Below, one piece after another: positions 46,629 through 55,886 of a stretch of 64,000 nucleotides of DNA. The notes beneath the pieces are model-generated. The model was not told where the DNA came from. It was given only the letters and a program-made list of their open reading frames with translations, and ran no database searches. The stretch covers positions 202,776 through 266,775 of the forward strand of contig CBDANB010000005.1 of the NCBI GenBank assembly GCA_965197395.1, in the 5' to 3' direction. Numbering within the stretch: the first letter of the stretch is position 1; each line of letters starts with the position of its first letter. Both the position numbers and the translations under genes were made by a program. This DNA comes from Vicinamibacterales bacterium (GTDB lineage: Bacteria > Acidobacteriota > Vicinamibacteria > Vicinamibacterales > UBA8438).

Positions 46629-47411
46629 ATGCACCGGTTGCGCGCGGAGCTCCAAGGGATCGGGGCAGTCGCGTTTGATCTAGACGGCGTGCTCTACCAA
46701 GCGAATGCACCGCTACCCGGCGCTGCCCGCGCGGTGGCGGCTGTGCGCGAGGCTGGCCTCCAGGTACGCTTTGTCACCAACACGACCTCACGCAGTCGAC
46801 GTCTGATTCTCGAAAAGCTCGAGCAGCTCGGGTTTCGTGCTGACGCCGGCGAGGTCTTCTGCCCCGCACGGGGAGCGGTGGCGTGGCTTTGGAGCCAGCG
46901 TGCCAGCGCGTCTTTCTTCGTGCCAAGCCCGGCACTCGAGGACTTCGAGGGCGTCCCGCAAGACGACGAGCAGCCAGACGCCGTTGTCATCGGAGACCTC
47001 GGGGACGGCTGGACGTTCGAGTCACTCAACCGAGCGTTCCGCTTGGTCCACGAGCGCGGAGCGCGGCTCGTCGGCCTCGGCCGCACGCGGTACTGGAAGG
47101 GGCCCCACGGGCTGCAGCTCGACGTGGGTGCCTTCCTCGCGGCGCTAGAGCACGCGACAGGCAAAGGCGCTTTGGTTTTTGGGAAGCCTGAGCCCGCCTT
47201 CTTCAAGACGCTGATCGAGGGACTGAGCAGGCCGGCCGGCAGCGTCGCGATGATCGGCGACGACGTCGTCACCGATGTCGGCGCGGCCATGACCGTGGGG
47301 CTGGTCGGGGTGCTTGTGCGAACCGGCAAGTTCCGCGCGCACGATCTCGATGGTTCGATTCAGCCTGACCTCGTCGTCGACTCGGTCAGGGATCTGATCA
47401 CGGACCTGTGA
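46629..47411 (+). CDS. HAD-IIA family hydrolase
   Basis: FDLDGVLY (motif I), VTNTTS (motif II) and GDDVVTDV (motif IV). Confidence 0.8.
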   Translation: MHRLRAELQGIGAVAFDLDGVLYQANAPLPGAARAVAAVREAGLQVRFVTNTTSRSRRLILEKLEQLGFRADAGEVFCPARGAVAWLWSQRASASFFVPSPALEDFEGVPQDDEQPDAVVIGDLGDGWTFESLNRAFRLVHERGARLVGLGRTRYWKGPHGLQLDVGAFLAALEHATGKGALVFGKPEPAFFKTLIEGLSRPAGSVAMIGDDVVTDVGAAMTVGLVGVLVRTGKFRAHDLDGSIQPDLVVDSVRDLITDL

Positions 47412-47418
47412 GGGTGGG

Positions 47419-48890
47419 CTAGCGGGCTGGCACCTGGCGTTCCAGCTCGGAGGCCCAGTTCTGCACGAGCACGAAGCCGGCGTCCACGGAGCCATCCGTG
47501 ATCGACTTCACGATGAGAAAGCGGCCGTCGGGTGCCACGTCGTAGTTGCGACCTTGGTGATACTGATACGCGTCGAGGTCGAACAATCGGGTCGGTGCAC
47601 CCGGCGCGAATCCACCCACGGTCTCGACGGGCACCGCCATGAGGCCTGCTCCGCTCCAGTAGTAGAGCTCGCGTCCGTCGGCGCTCCATCGAGGTTGTTG
47701 CCCTCCACCGGCCGACACGGTAATCCGGTCCGTCTCCGCGTCCGGGAACGGACTGACATACACCTCGTCCGCGCCAGACGCGTTCGATTGATAGGCGAGC
47801 CAGCGCCCGTCTGGCGAGAGGTCCGCGTGCCCCTCCCCCGCAACGGTGTCGAGGAGCATCTCCGCCGTCCCCTCACCGTCGAAGGCAAGAACGCCGAGAT
47901 CGTTCCCGGTCGTCGTCGTGCCGAACGTGAGGACAATCAGGTGCCTACCATCGGCCGACCACGCGGTTGGGAACCCGCTGGTGCCGCTGGACAGCCGCTC
48001 GGCGCCACCGGTCCCGTCGGCCGAGGTCACGAACAAGTTGAAGTCGTTGCCGCTTCCAGACGCGAACGCCAGCCGGTCCACCTCTGGACTCCACACAGGC
48101 ATCGCCACCAGCGGGCCGTCCGCTGGCACCGGCGTCCAGGTCTTGCGATCGAGCTCATACGTCCATAGGTCGTCAGACGTCCCTAGGTCGTCAGACGTGA
48201 TCACGCTGACCTGAGCCCCGTCGGGTGAGACGCGTGGGTGAGCGTAATTCCGAGGTTCCAGTCCGAGCGGATCCTCGCGTCCCTGGCGGTCTACCCAGAC
48301 CAGATCCGACTGGGGTGCCGAGTTCCCGCGTAGATAGACGAGCGTCGCGTCATCGGCCAGGCTGAGCAAGGCTTTCCGCTGACCGAGGGAGAACCGCACG
48401 TCGTTGATCACGGGCACGGGCTCGCCGGTCACCTGGACGGCGTCCAGATCGAATGGTGCCGCCCAGATCACGCCAGCGCGGGCGAATACGAGGTGGCCGC
48501 TGTCGACCACTCTTGGAGAATGGCCGTCGATGAGCGAACGAAGCTCCCCCGTATCGAACCGGTAGACAGCGACGCGGTCACTCGCCGCGGCTGATGCCCC
48601 GCGGCCACCGATGGTCAACACCAGCCCGCGACCGTCGGGCAGGAACTGCGGTTGGGAGTGGACGTCGCCTCCGGCCGGCGTCGTCAGCGGGCGCAACGTG
48701 CCGCCCACGTCGGAGACCTGTTGTAGTCCCGTCTGGTCGCTCGTCGCGAGCACGATGGTGCCATCGGCACCCCACGCACCGCTGAGTAATCGTCCCTCGA
48801 TGTCACACACGGTGAGCGGGGGACCGCCGCTCACGCGAACCCTCTTCAACGCGCGGTCGCCGGCGTCGTAGAAAGCGACCCATTCACCAT
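47419..48890 (-). pseudogene. TolB-like beta-propeller (PD40 repeats): C-terminal part of the IS3-interrupted kinase gene
   Basis: Repeated SPDG../WS.DG PD40 motifs. Joins in frame to 50158 upward once the IS3 and one CCAT copy are removed (..SPHFASPNG|EWVAFYD..). Confidence 0.7.
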
Positions 48891-48950
48891 TGAGCTTGCC
48901 TGGGTTGGGTGGACACCCCACAAGGCGCGAGAATGCGCCGGGAGGTGTTC

Positions 48951-49247
48951 ATGGCCCAACGGAGACGACGACGATTCACGGTGGAGTTCAAACAGGAAGC
49001 GGTCCGGCTGTGCAAGCAGGGTGACCGCAGCATCGGCCAGGTGGCACGGGAGTTGGACCTGACCGAGTCGGCGTTGCGGCGATGGGTGCAGCAGTACGAG
49101 ATCGACCACGGCCACAATCCGACCGGCGCGCTGACCACCGAGGAACTCGAGGAACTCCGAACGCTGCGCCGCGAAGTGCGCGTCCTGCGAGAGGAGCGAA
49201 CGATCTTAAAAAAGGCGGCGGCCTTCTTCGCGAAGGAACAGGCGTGA
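48951..49247 (+). CDS. IS3 OrfA (helix-turn-helix, leucine zipper)
   Basis: MAQRRRRRFTVEFKQEAVRL... with GGGAGG Shine-Dalgarno. Ends ..KKAAAFFAKEQA*. Confidence 0.9.
   Translation: MAQRRRRRFTVEFKQEAVRLCKQGDRSIGQVARELDLTESALRRWVQQYEIDHGHNPTGALTTEELEELRTLRREVRVLREERTILKKAAAFFAKEQA
49208..49214 (+). promoter_or_regulatory. Programmed -1 ribosomal frameshift heptamer A_AAA_AAG
   Basis: TTA AAA AAG in the orfA frame. This is the classic IS3-family slippery motif, located where the orfA and orfB frames overlap. Confidence 0.8.
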
Positions 49248-50122
49248 GGTTCGCGTTTGTTCATGCGGAGAAGGCCACCCATGCGGTGCGGTCTCTCTGT
49301 CGGGTGCTCCAGGTCACCCGCAGTGGCTACTACGCATGGGCGAAGCGCCCGCCGAGCCGACGGCACCGTGAAGACGTCCAGCTGACAGCCCGGATCCGGG
49401 CGATCCATGCCGCGAGTCGGGGGACCTACGGAAGCCCGCGGATCTACGAGCAGCTCAGGCAGGACGGGTTCACCGTTGGCCGGGAGCGAGTCGCCAGACT
49501 GCTGCGGGCCATGGGCCTGATCGGCCTGCCCTGCAAGCGGTTCCGGCGTACCACGGACAGTGCCCACCAACATCCGGTTGCGCCCAACGTGCTCGCCCGT
49601 GACTTCGACGCCGCACAGCCGAACGAGCGCTGGAGCACCGACATCACCTACCTCTGGACGTGGGAGGGGTGGCTGTATCTTGCCGTCGTGCTCGACCTGT
49701 TCTCGCGGCGCGTGGTGGGGTGGGCCATCCAGCCGCACCTGCGGGCGGAGCTGGCGCTCGAGGCGTTGCACATGGCGCTGGGGAGGCGCGTCCCAGCGGC
49801 CGGCCTCGTCCATCATTCGGACCGAGGGTGCCAGTATGCCGCCGACGCGTACCAGCGCGTCCTGCACGACCACCAGATCGTCTGCTCGATGAGTCGGAAG
49901 GGCGACTGCTGGGATAACGCCGTCACCGAGAGCTTCTTCGGGACGCTCAAGACCGAGCTCATCCACCGCCAGCCGTGGTCGACGCGACGCAGGACCAAGG
50001 ACGCCGTCGCGGAGTACATCGAGGGCTTCTATAATCCCCACCGCCTGCACTCGTCCCTGGGATACGTCAGCCCCAACACCTTTGAAAGGAGGCATGCTCG
50101 ACAGGTGCAGTGTGCAGCATGA
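49214..50122 (+). CDS. IS3 OrfB (DDE integrase core), expressed as an OrfAB fusion by -1 frameshift
   Basis: The -1 frame from the slippery site reads ..KKGGGLLREGTGVRFAF..., with WSTDITY, HSDRGCQY and DNAVTESFF (DDE) motifs. Confidence 0.85.
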   Translation, partial: GGGLLREGTGVRFAFVHAEKATHAVRSLCRVLQVTRSGYYAWAKRPPSRRHREDVQLTARIRAIHAASRGTYGSPRIYEQLRQDGFTVGRERVARLLRAMGLIGLPCKRFRRTTDSAHQHPVAPNVLARDFDAAQPNERWSTDITYLWTWEGWLYLAVVLDLFSRRVVGWAIQPHLRAELALEALHMALGRRVPAAGLVHHSDRGCQYAADAYQRVLHDHQIVCSMSRKGDCWDNAVTESFFGTLKTELIHRQPWSTRRRTKDAVAEYIEGFYNPHRLHSSLGYVSPNTFERRHARQVQCAA

Positions 50123-50153
50123 TCAACCTGTCCACTTTTCCCAGGCAAGATCA

Positions 50154-51425
50154 CCATTCGGTGAGGCGAAGTGCGGGCTCCCCATCCCTAAGGTCCCTTC
50201 CACGGCCGTCGCATCTGGGTCTTCCAGCAACCGAGAGTAGAGCTGCTGGCCGACACGCGTCTGGCCAACGAACACGATGCGACGACCATTCGCGGAGATG
50301 GTGACCAGCTCCAGAGTCGCGTCGACGGCTCCTACGTTGACGCCCGGGGGCGTAAGGATGGTAGCTCGCGTAACACCGCCATCTTCGGGCGTCAGGCGGC
50401 TGCTCAGGGCCCATATGGCCAGCGCCGCCATCACGACCACCAACGCGGCTAGCCCCATCGTCAGGGAACGACCGGTCCGTGTCGGCGCCTGGGCCGGCTC
50501 AACGTGGTGCGCGACGGACGCGATGTCGAAGGCGCCGTCGAGGGCCAGACCGACGTCGCCGATGTCCCGGATCCGCTTCTTCGGGTTCTTCCGAAGACAG
50601 CCCGCGAAGAAAGCTGCTCAGAACCGGCGGAACCTCAACCGGGAGAACGGACCAGTCCGGTTCCCGGTCGATCACCCGCGCCAACGTCTCCGATACGTCA
50701 TCGCCGGCAAAGGGTCTCGTGCCAGAGAGCATCTCGTAGAACAGGGCACCGAACGCCCACACGTCAGCCCGCTTATCAACAGCCGTCCCCTTGGCCTGCT
50801 CGGGACTCATATACGCCGCCGTGCCGATCACCATCCCCATCTGTGTCGCCGCCGCCGTCAACGAGATCGTCGGCGACTCCGACGCACTGGCCCCGCTCGC
50901 CTCCGGCTGGAACGCCTTCGCCAACCCGAAGTCCAACACCTTGACGGTTCCGTCCTCCCGCACCTTGATGTTCGCGGGCTTCAGATCGCGGTGGATGACG
51001 CCGGCTTCGTGCGCCGCCTCCAGCGCCTCGGCGATCTGTCGGGCAATCGGCAGCGCGTCTTCGATTGGCATCGCGCCTTGCGCGATGCGGTCGGCGAGGG
51101 TCGGGCCCTCGACCAGCTCCAGAACGAGCGCCTTGACGGCAGGGCTAAAGCCCTGCGCTACGTCTTGTCTTGATGACGGCTCCCCCTCCTCGATGCCGTG
51201 AATCTGCGCGATGTTCGGGTGGTTGAGGCTGGCCAGCACCTGTGCTTCTCGCTGGAACCGGGCGAGGCGGTCCGGGTCAGAAGCGAAGGCGTCGGGCAGG
51301 ATCTTGAGGGCGACGTCGCGCCCCAGTTGCATGTCGGTGGCGCGATAGACCTGCCCCATGCCGCCTTCCCCGATGAGGGCGGTTACGTCGTAATGCCCAA
51401 GGCGGTCACCGACGGTGAGGGCCAT
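50154..51425 (-). pseudogene. Ser/Thr kinase domain, TM segment and start of the beta-propeller; upstream part of the IS3-interrupted gene, also frameshifted near 50600
   Basis: Kinase motifs GEGGMGQVYRA, HRDLKPANI, DFGLAK and AAYMSPEQ. The frame changes between ..VLSSFLRG and CLRKNPKKRIRDIGD at a GGG run. TM segment MGLAALVVVMAALAIWAL. Confidence 0.75.
51135..51164. repeat. REP-A hairpin lying in frame inside the kinase coding sequence
   Basis: GACG-GCAGGGCT-AAA-GCCCTGC-GCTACGTC. It is translated on the minus strand as ..DVAQGFSPAV.., within a longer loop (..PSSRQDVAQGFSPAVK..) that is an extra insertion relative to the kinase at 3717. Confidence 0.7.
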
Positions 51426-51584
51426 TGCCGTGGTTATCGGTGGATGAATCGGCGGACTGTCGGATTATGCGGGTGTGCTCGAAGTGTGCCCAAAGAGTGT
51501 CTCTACCCCACCCAAGAGCACCGAGCGCCAGCCAAGAAGAAGATGTCCGCGCTGGCTGACCTCTCGCTGGCCGGAGTCTGGCGG

Positions 51585-52787
51585 CTAGTTCGGGACGACG
51601 GCGATCCCCTCGATTTCCAACAGCGCCTCGGTCGCAAAGAGCGACTGGATGCCGAGGAGCGTCGCAGCCGGGACCTTGTCATCCGGAAAGCCGTGTCGCT
51701 TGCGCGCCGCATCGAGCGCCTCGAAATCGCCCTGGCTGTATCGCGGCATGTAGATGACGATTTTCAGGAGGTCTTCCTGCGAGGCACCGGCCGCCTCGAG
51801 ACGTCGTGTGAGGCTCGCATACACCTGATCGGCCTGGGCCTCGAGCGGGTCGCCGGGCCGGCCTACTTGCCCCGACACCCGAACGACCTTCTGGCCGGGG
51901 CCACCGGCGGTGACCACCTGCGTGAAGCCCGTCGCCGGGTCGATGAACTCCCGCTCGACGGGCCGGCCGTCGGCGCCCATGACGGCGATCGCGTCGATCT
52001 CGATCTTGAACCGGTCGTTGGCGAGCGCCGGGATCCCGAGCAGTGTGCTCGCCGGCATGTCGTCGAGGGTCAGCGCCTGCTCGCGTCCCGCGCGGTACGC
52101 GGCCAGGTCGGTTGCCGGGTCAAAGTCGACGACGTAGGTCGTCGCCTTGACCATGTCGGCGAATGAGGCCCCGGCCCGATCGAGCTGCTGGCCGACACGT
52201 CCCCACACCGACGCCGTCTGGGTCGCGAGGTCGTCACCCTCGCCGACCTGCCCGGCGACATACACGGTCTTGACCCCATGCGCCGTCACAGCGACCGCGC
52301 CGCTGAAGCCGTTCGCCGGCGCAAAGCGTTCGATCTGGAGATCCACTCCAGGCTCCGCGACCACGGCCGTGACCTCGATCTCGACGCGCAGGGAGGGCGC
52401 GAACAGCTCGCGGACGCCGACCATTGTGCTGGCGGGCCAGTGCCCCTCCGGAAAGGTGGCCAGCCGGGACGCGGCGATCACACCATACTGATCCGGCTCA
52501 AAGTCCTTGACGAAGATCCGGACCTTGACGACGTCCGCCGCGGTCGCCCCCGCCTGGCCGAGCCGGCGCACGACGCCCTGGAACGCGGAGTCGGCATGCG
52601 CTTTCAGATCGTCGCCTTGGCCGACCTGACCGGACACGTGGATCGTCTTTACCCCGCGGTCCGTGGAGGTGACGACCTGCGTGAAGCCGGGCGCGATATC
52701 GATGTGCTCGACCTGAGCGCTGGCCATGCCCGGATATGCACTCGCCATTGCGCCGACGGCGATCGCGGCCAATCTCGCGTGCTTCAT
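51585..52787 (-). CDS. Exported protein made of three tandem RidA/YjgF/L-PSP domains
   Basis: Signal peptide MKHARLAAIAVGAMASAYPGMASA, then three ~125-aa repeats, each with the RidA pattern (..V.VSGQVG......, ..V.V..Y/F...., P A(S/A)T..G...L......EI...A). Confidence 0.75.
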   Translation of the reverse strand: MKHARLAAIAVGAMASAYPGMASAQVEHIDIAPGFTQVVTSTDRGVKTIHVSGQVGQGDDLKAHADSAFQGVVRRLGQAGATAADVVKVRIFVKDFEPDQYGVIAASRLATFPEGHWPASTMVGVRELFAPSLRVEIEVTAVVAEPGVDLQIERFAPANGFSGAVAVTAHGVKTVYVAGQVGEGDDLATQTASVWGRVGQQLDRAGASFADMVKATTYVVDFDPATDLAAYRAGREQALTLDDMPASTLLGIPALANDRFKIEIDAIAVMGADGRPVEREFIDPATGFTQVVTAGGPGQKVVRVSGQVGRPGDPLEAQADQVYASLTRRLEAAGASQEDLLKIVIYMPRYSQGDFEALDAARKRHGFPDDKVPAATLLGIQSLFATEALLEIEGIAVVPN

Positions 52788-52825
52788 GTGTGCTTCTCCC
52801 CTCGTCAATCGTGCACGGCAACCAG

Positions 52826-53659
52826 TCACGAGCGCGGCCGCCGCGCGACGAACATCTCATGACGGCCCGGCTCCACTTCCGAGTGCACCAGCGGTACGCA
52901 CCGCGCCTCGGTGAACCCGACGGTGCCCAACAGCGCCAGCCAGCGCGCACGAGAGAACAATCCACCGACATGATGGTCGTGCACGACGCGAACGGTTCCG
53001 TCGCGCTCACGCAGCAGGTAGGCGTAGTCCGATCGGTAGATCCCGTCGTGTGGATCAGGATCCCAGTCCCATTCCAGATAGCGCAGTCCGCGCGGGCATC
53101 CGGGAGCGCCATCCGGAAGGACTTCGTCGTGACCACCGCTATCCGAGCTCGGCCGGAAGTTCTCAATCAGGTCGTCCGGAGCGAACAGTACGGCGGCGCC
53201 CGGCCGGCAGTGAACCCACGCCGTCTTCATGGCCTGCCGAAGGTCTGCTTCCGTTGCCATATAGGAGACGGCGTCGTGGATGAACACAGCGTCGAACACC
53301 CGATTGAGACGAAGCGTCCGCATGTCGCCGAGGTGATGCTCGCAGTCCGGGTTGAGCGCGCGGCTCACGGCGAGCATGCCGGGGGCGACGTCCGTGAGCA
53401 CCAGTCGGTCGAAGCGGGATTTCATGTGACACGCGTTGTTCCCGCCGCCGCAGCCAAGCTCGAGCAGCGATGCAATCGGCCCGTCACACGCCGCCTCGAG
53501 CAGGCGCGAGTAGAGCGCCGCCTCCTCCGTGTAGTCGTCGGGGGCCGAGAGCAGGGGCCACCACTCCGCAAGCTCCGTGTACATCAGTGGCGGTGTGCCC
53601 GAGCTCGGGGCGGCGGCGCGATCGGTGTGCATAGGAGCCACGTGTATTGTACAGGTCAC
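52826..53659 (-). CDS. Class I SAM-dependent methyltransferase
   Basis: LLELGCGGGN (motif I) and the downstream Rossmann pattern. An alternative ATG lies at 53632. Confidence 0.75.
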   Translation of the reverse strand: MTCTIHVAPMHTDRAAAPSSGTPPLMYTELAEWWPLLSAPDDYTEEAALYSRLLEAACDGPIASLLELGCGGGNNACHMKSRFDRLVLTDVAPGMLAVSRALNPDCEHHLGDMRTLRLNRVFDAVFIHDAVSYMATEADLRQAMKTAWVHCRPGAAVLFAPDDLIENFRPSSDSGGHDEVLPDGAPGCPRGLRYLEWDWDPDPHDGIYRSDYAYLLRERDGTVRVVHDHHVGGLFSRARWLALLGTVGFTEARCVPLVHSEVEPGRHEMFVARRPRS

Positions 53660-53704
53660 GCGCGCACGGTTCGCGCGGTGTCGAAGGACCTGAGGAGGAG
53701 AGCC

Positions 53705-54664
53705 ATGGGTGTCAGCGCGCGCGTTGTGAGTGTGTCGGGCCTATTCGTCATTCTCGGGATCGCCGCGTCCGCGCATGCGCAATCGTGGTCGCCACCGTCG
53801 GATGCAGAGCGGTGTCCCAGCAAGTGGGGAGCCGGAGACCAGCGCGGTGCGGCCAACCACATGGGTGCGGAGAGCGTGCTCCGGGCCGCACGGTTGATAC
53901 GCACCGGCGCGGTGCTTGAGCTGGGACGCGTCCTGTCGGGATCGATGCCGCTGGCGGATCGACACTACGACGCCTACATGAAGCCAACGACGATGAACCC
54001 GGGGTCGAACCGGCGCGGCTCGAACGAGGAGGTGATCGTCGCTGAAATGGGGCAGGTGGGCACCCAATTCGACGGCTTCACGCACCAGACCATCGGCGAC
54101 AGCTTGTACAACTGCCACGACCTCAACGAGGTGATGACGCGAACGGGCTTCACACGACTTGGCGTCGAGGGCGTCGGGACGCTCATGACACGCGGTGTCC
54201 TGATTGACATCGCCGAGCTAAAGGGGGTGCCCATGCTGCCGGATCGCTACGAGATCACGGCAGCGGATCTGGAGCAAGCCCTCGCGCGGCAACAGACGCC
54301 GCTGGAGCCGGGCGACGCCGTATTGATTCATACGGGATGGGGTGGACTCTGGGACGACGCGCCGGAGCGCTTCTCCGCGAGCGGTCCAGGCATTGGGGTC
54401 GAGGCGGCGGAATGGCTTGTTGCCCGCGACCCGATGTTGATCGGCTCTGACAACGTGCCGGTCGAGGTGATGCCGAATCCCGACCCGGACCTGTCACTGC
54501 CGGTTCACCAGATCATGCTGGTGGTCAACGGCATCCACTTGGTGGAACGGATGAAGCTGGATGAGCTCGCCGCGGCGCAGGTCCATGAGTTCGCCTTCGT
54601 GGTGCAGCCGCTCAAGCTCTTGGGTGCGACGGGTTCAACGGTTGCGCCAGTGGCCGTCTATTGA
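53705..54664 (+). CDS. Cyclase-family protein (kynurenine-formamidase-like), exported
   Basis: Signal peptide. GTQFDGFTH and SDNVPVE motifs. Distant paralogue of 10378..11394. Confidence 0.75.
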   Translation: MGVSARVVSVSGLFVILGIAASAHAQSWSPPSDAERCPSKWGAGDQRGAANHMGAESVLRAARLIRTGAVLELGRVLSGSMPLADRHYDAYMKPTTMNPGSNRRGSNEEVIVAEMGQVGTQFDGFTHQTIGDSLYNCHDLNEVMTRTGFTRLGVEGVGTLMTRGVLIDIAELKGVPMLPDRYEITAADLEQALARQQTPLEPGDAVLIHTGWGGLWDDAPERFSASGPGIGVEAAEWLVARDPMLIGSDNVPVEVMPNPDPDLSLPVHQIMLVVNGIHLVERMKLDELAAAQVHEFAFVVQPLKLLGATGSTVAPVAVY

Positions 54665-54666
54665 TC

Positions 54667-54762
54667 AGACGGGGTTTCGCCCCGAACCCCACGCGGGCGC
54701 GCTCCGCGGGGACCCCGAGAGCCCGACTCCGCGTCCGCGAGGCGCGCTGTGCGCGCCTTGGC
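54667..54762. repeat. REP-B element (~96 nt), inverted relative to 31789..31885
   Basis: Its reverse complement aligns along the full length with the 31789 copy, with a few substitutions or small indels. Confidence 0.7.
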
Positions 54763-54849
54763 CGTCCTCACCAGAGCACGGCCTTCCGAGACGTGGCTGG
54801 CGGGGCCGTGCGAAAGCGGGTACTATTGCCGCACATCGGAGGAGCGCAG

Positions 54850-55395
54850 ATGACAGACACGTTACGCCTGCTTGGTGCCTGCCTCGTGCTGGGCCTCGCC
54901 GCCTCGGGGAGCGCCGGCGCGCAGGAGCTGAGCGAAGGCGACGCAGCACCTGGGTTTGCGTTGATCGGGAGTGACGGTCAGACCCATAGGCTGGCCGACT
55001 ACGAGGGCCGAACCGTTGTGTTGGCCTGGTTCCCCAAGGCGTTTACCGGTGGTTGAACGGCCGAATGCAAGTCGCTGCGTGAGCACAGCGACCAGCTTCA
55101 GTCATACGACATCGCCTACTTCATGGTGAGCGTGGACGATCCCGACACGAACCGCGCGTTCGCGGAATCCCTCGATGCCGACTTCCCGATCCTGAGTGAC
55201 CCGTCGAAGGAGACAGCGACGGCGTACGGTGTGCTGCGGGACTTTGGACCGAGAATCGGATCGGTGCCGCAACGGTGGACGGTGTACATCGGTGGCGACG
55301 GTCGGATCCTCAAGCTCGACAAGGAAGTCAGCGCATCGACGGCAGGTGCTGACGTGGTGACGACGCTCGCCGCGCTGAACGTCCCGAAGCGCTAA
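54850..55395 (+). CDS. Secreted BCP/PrxQ-type peroxiredoxin with TGA (55054..55056) at the peroxidatic-Cys position: candidate selenocysteine peroxiredoxin
   Basis: GGAGGAG Shine-Dalgarno and signal peptide. ..VVLAWFPKAFTGG[TGA]TAECKSLRE..., and the downstream ORF 55123..55395 is in the same frame. A continuous Prx fold spans the TGA (FPILSDPSKETATAYGV, RWTVYIGGDGRI). Confidence 0.7.
55071..55092 (+). promoter_or_regulatory. Candidate bacterial SECIS stem-loop
   Basis: Perfect 7-bp stem GTCGCTG/CAGCGAC with the 8-nt loop CGTGAGCA (contains GU). The stem starts 14 nt after the in-frame TGA. Confidence 0.5.
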
Positions 55396-55470
55396 ACCGA
55401 CCGTAGCGGCAGCCTCGCCCGTCCTTCCCGAGGCCCTGAGCCCGAAGCCTTGGGCTCTCAGCGTGCGAAC

Positions 55471-55814
55471 TCAGTCGTAGTACGCCGGCGCCTTGCTGAG
55501 TCCCTCGAAGAGCGCCAGGTCGTGCTCGATCCAGAACGTCGCGCCCATCTCGGTGGCAAACGACTCAACCCGTTCCATCGACGCGAGGGTCGCCTCGGCT
55601 CACGTACGTCGGTTTCGTCGTCCTCGATGCTGAATCCGGCAACGCTGTCGAACCTGAGATGGCCGCAATCGAAGAGATAGAGCTTGAGCGAGGCCTCCGC
55701 CACGGGCTCCGGATCCGCGGATGGTGCAGGGTCGGCCGGGGCATCCATGGTGCCGCCACCGCAACCGGTGAGCGAGAACAGGACAATGATGAGCAGCCGG
55801 AACGGAGTCTTCAT
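55471..55814 (-). pseudogene. MBL-fold (lactonase-like) lipoprotein remnant with an internal deletion
   Basis: The N-terminus MKTPFRLLIIVLFSLTGC..LKLYLFDCGHLRFDSVAGFSIEDDETDV and the C-terminus ..ERVESFATEMGATFWIEHDLALFEGLSKAPAYYD* are in different frames. The metal-binding core is missing. Confidence 0.5.
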
Positions 55815-55886
55815 GATCTGTGGGTCACCTTTCACCGGAGATGGCACTCGACCCCTCGGCCGTCCGGCATCTGGCCGGTTCTCGCG

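Larger units (their letters stand above)
48891..50153 (+). mobile_element. IS3-family insertion sequence (1263 bp)
   Basis: Left repeat TGAGCTTGCCTGGGTTGGGTGGACAC; reverse complement of the right repeat TGATCTTGCCTGGGAAAAGTGGACAG. Flanking CCAT direct repeat (48887..48890 and 50154..50157). orfA/orfB organisation. Confidence 0.9.

Noticed and set aside
55054-55056. TGA read-through explained by an alternative genetic code (TGA = Trp or Gly)
   Set aside because: Many well-supported genes in this window terminate at TGA at the expected C-terminus (for example 374..376 and 16141..16143, and both ISL3 transposase genes and the IS3 orfA and orfB). Both in-frame TGAs sit precisely at redox-Cys positions, which points to Sec or Cys-to-stop mutation, not code reassignment.
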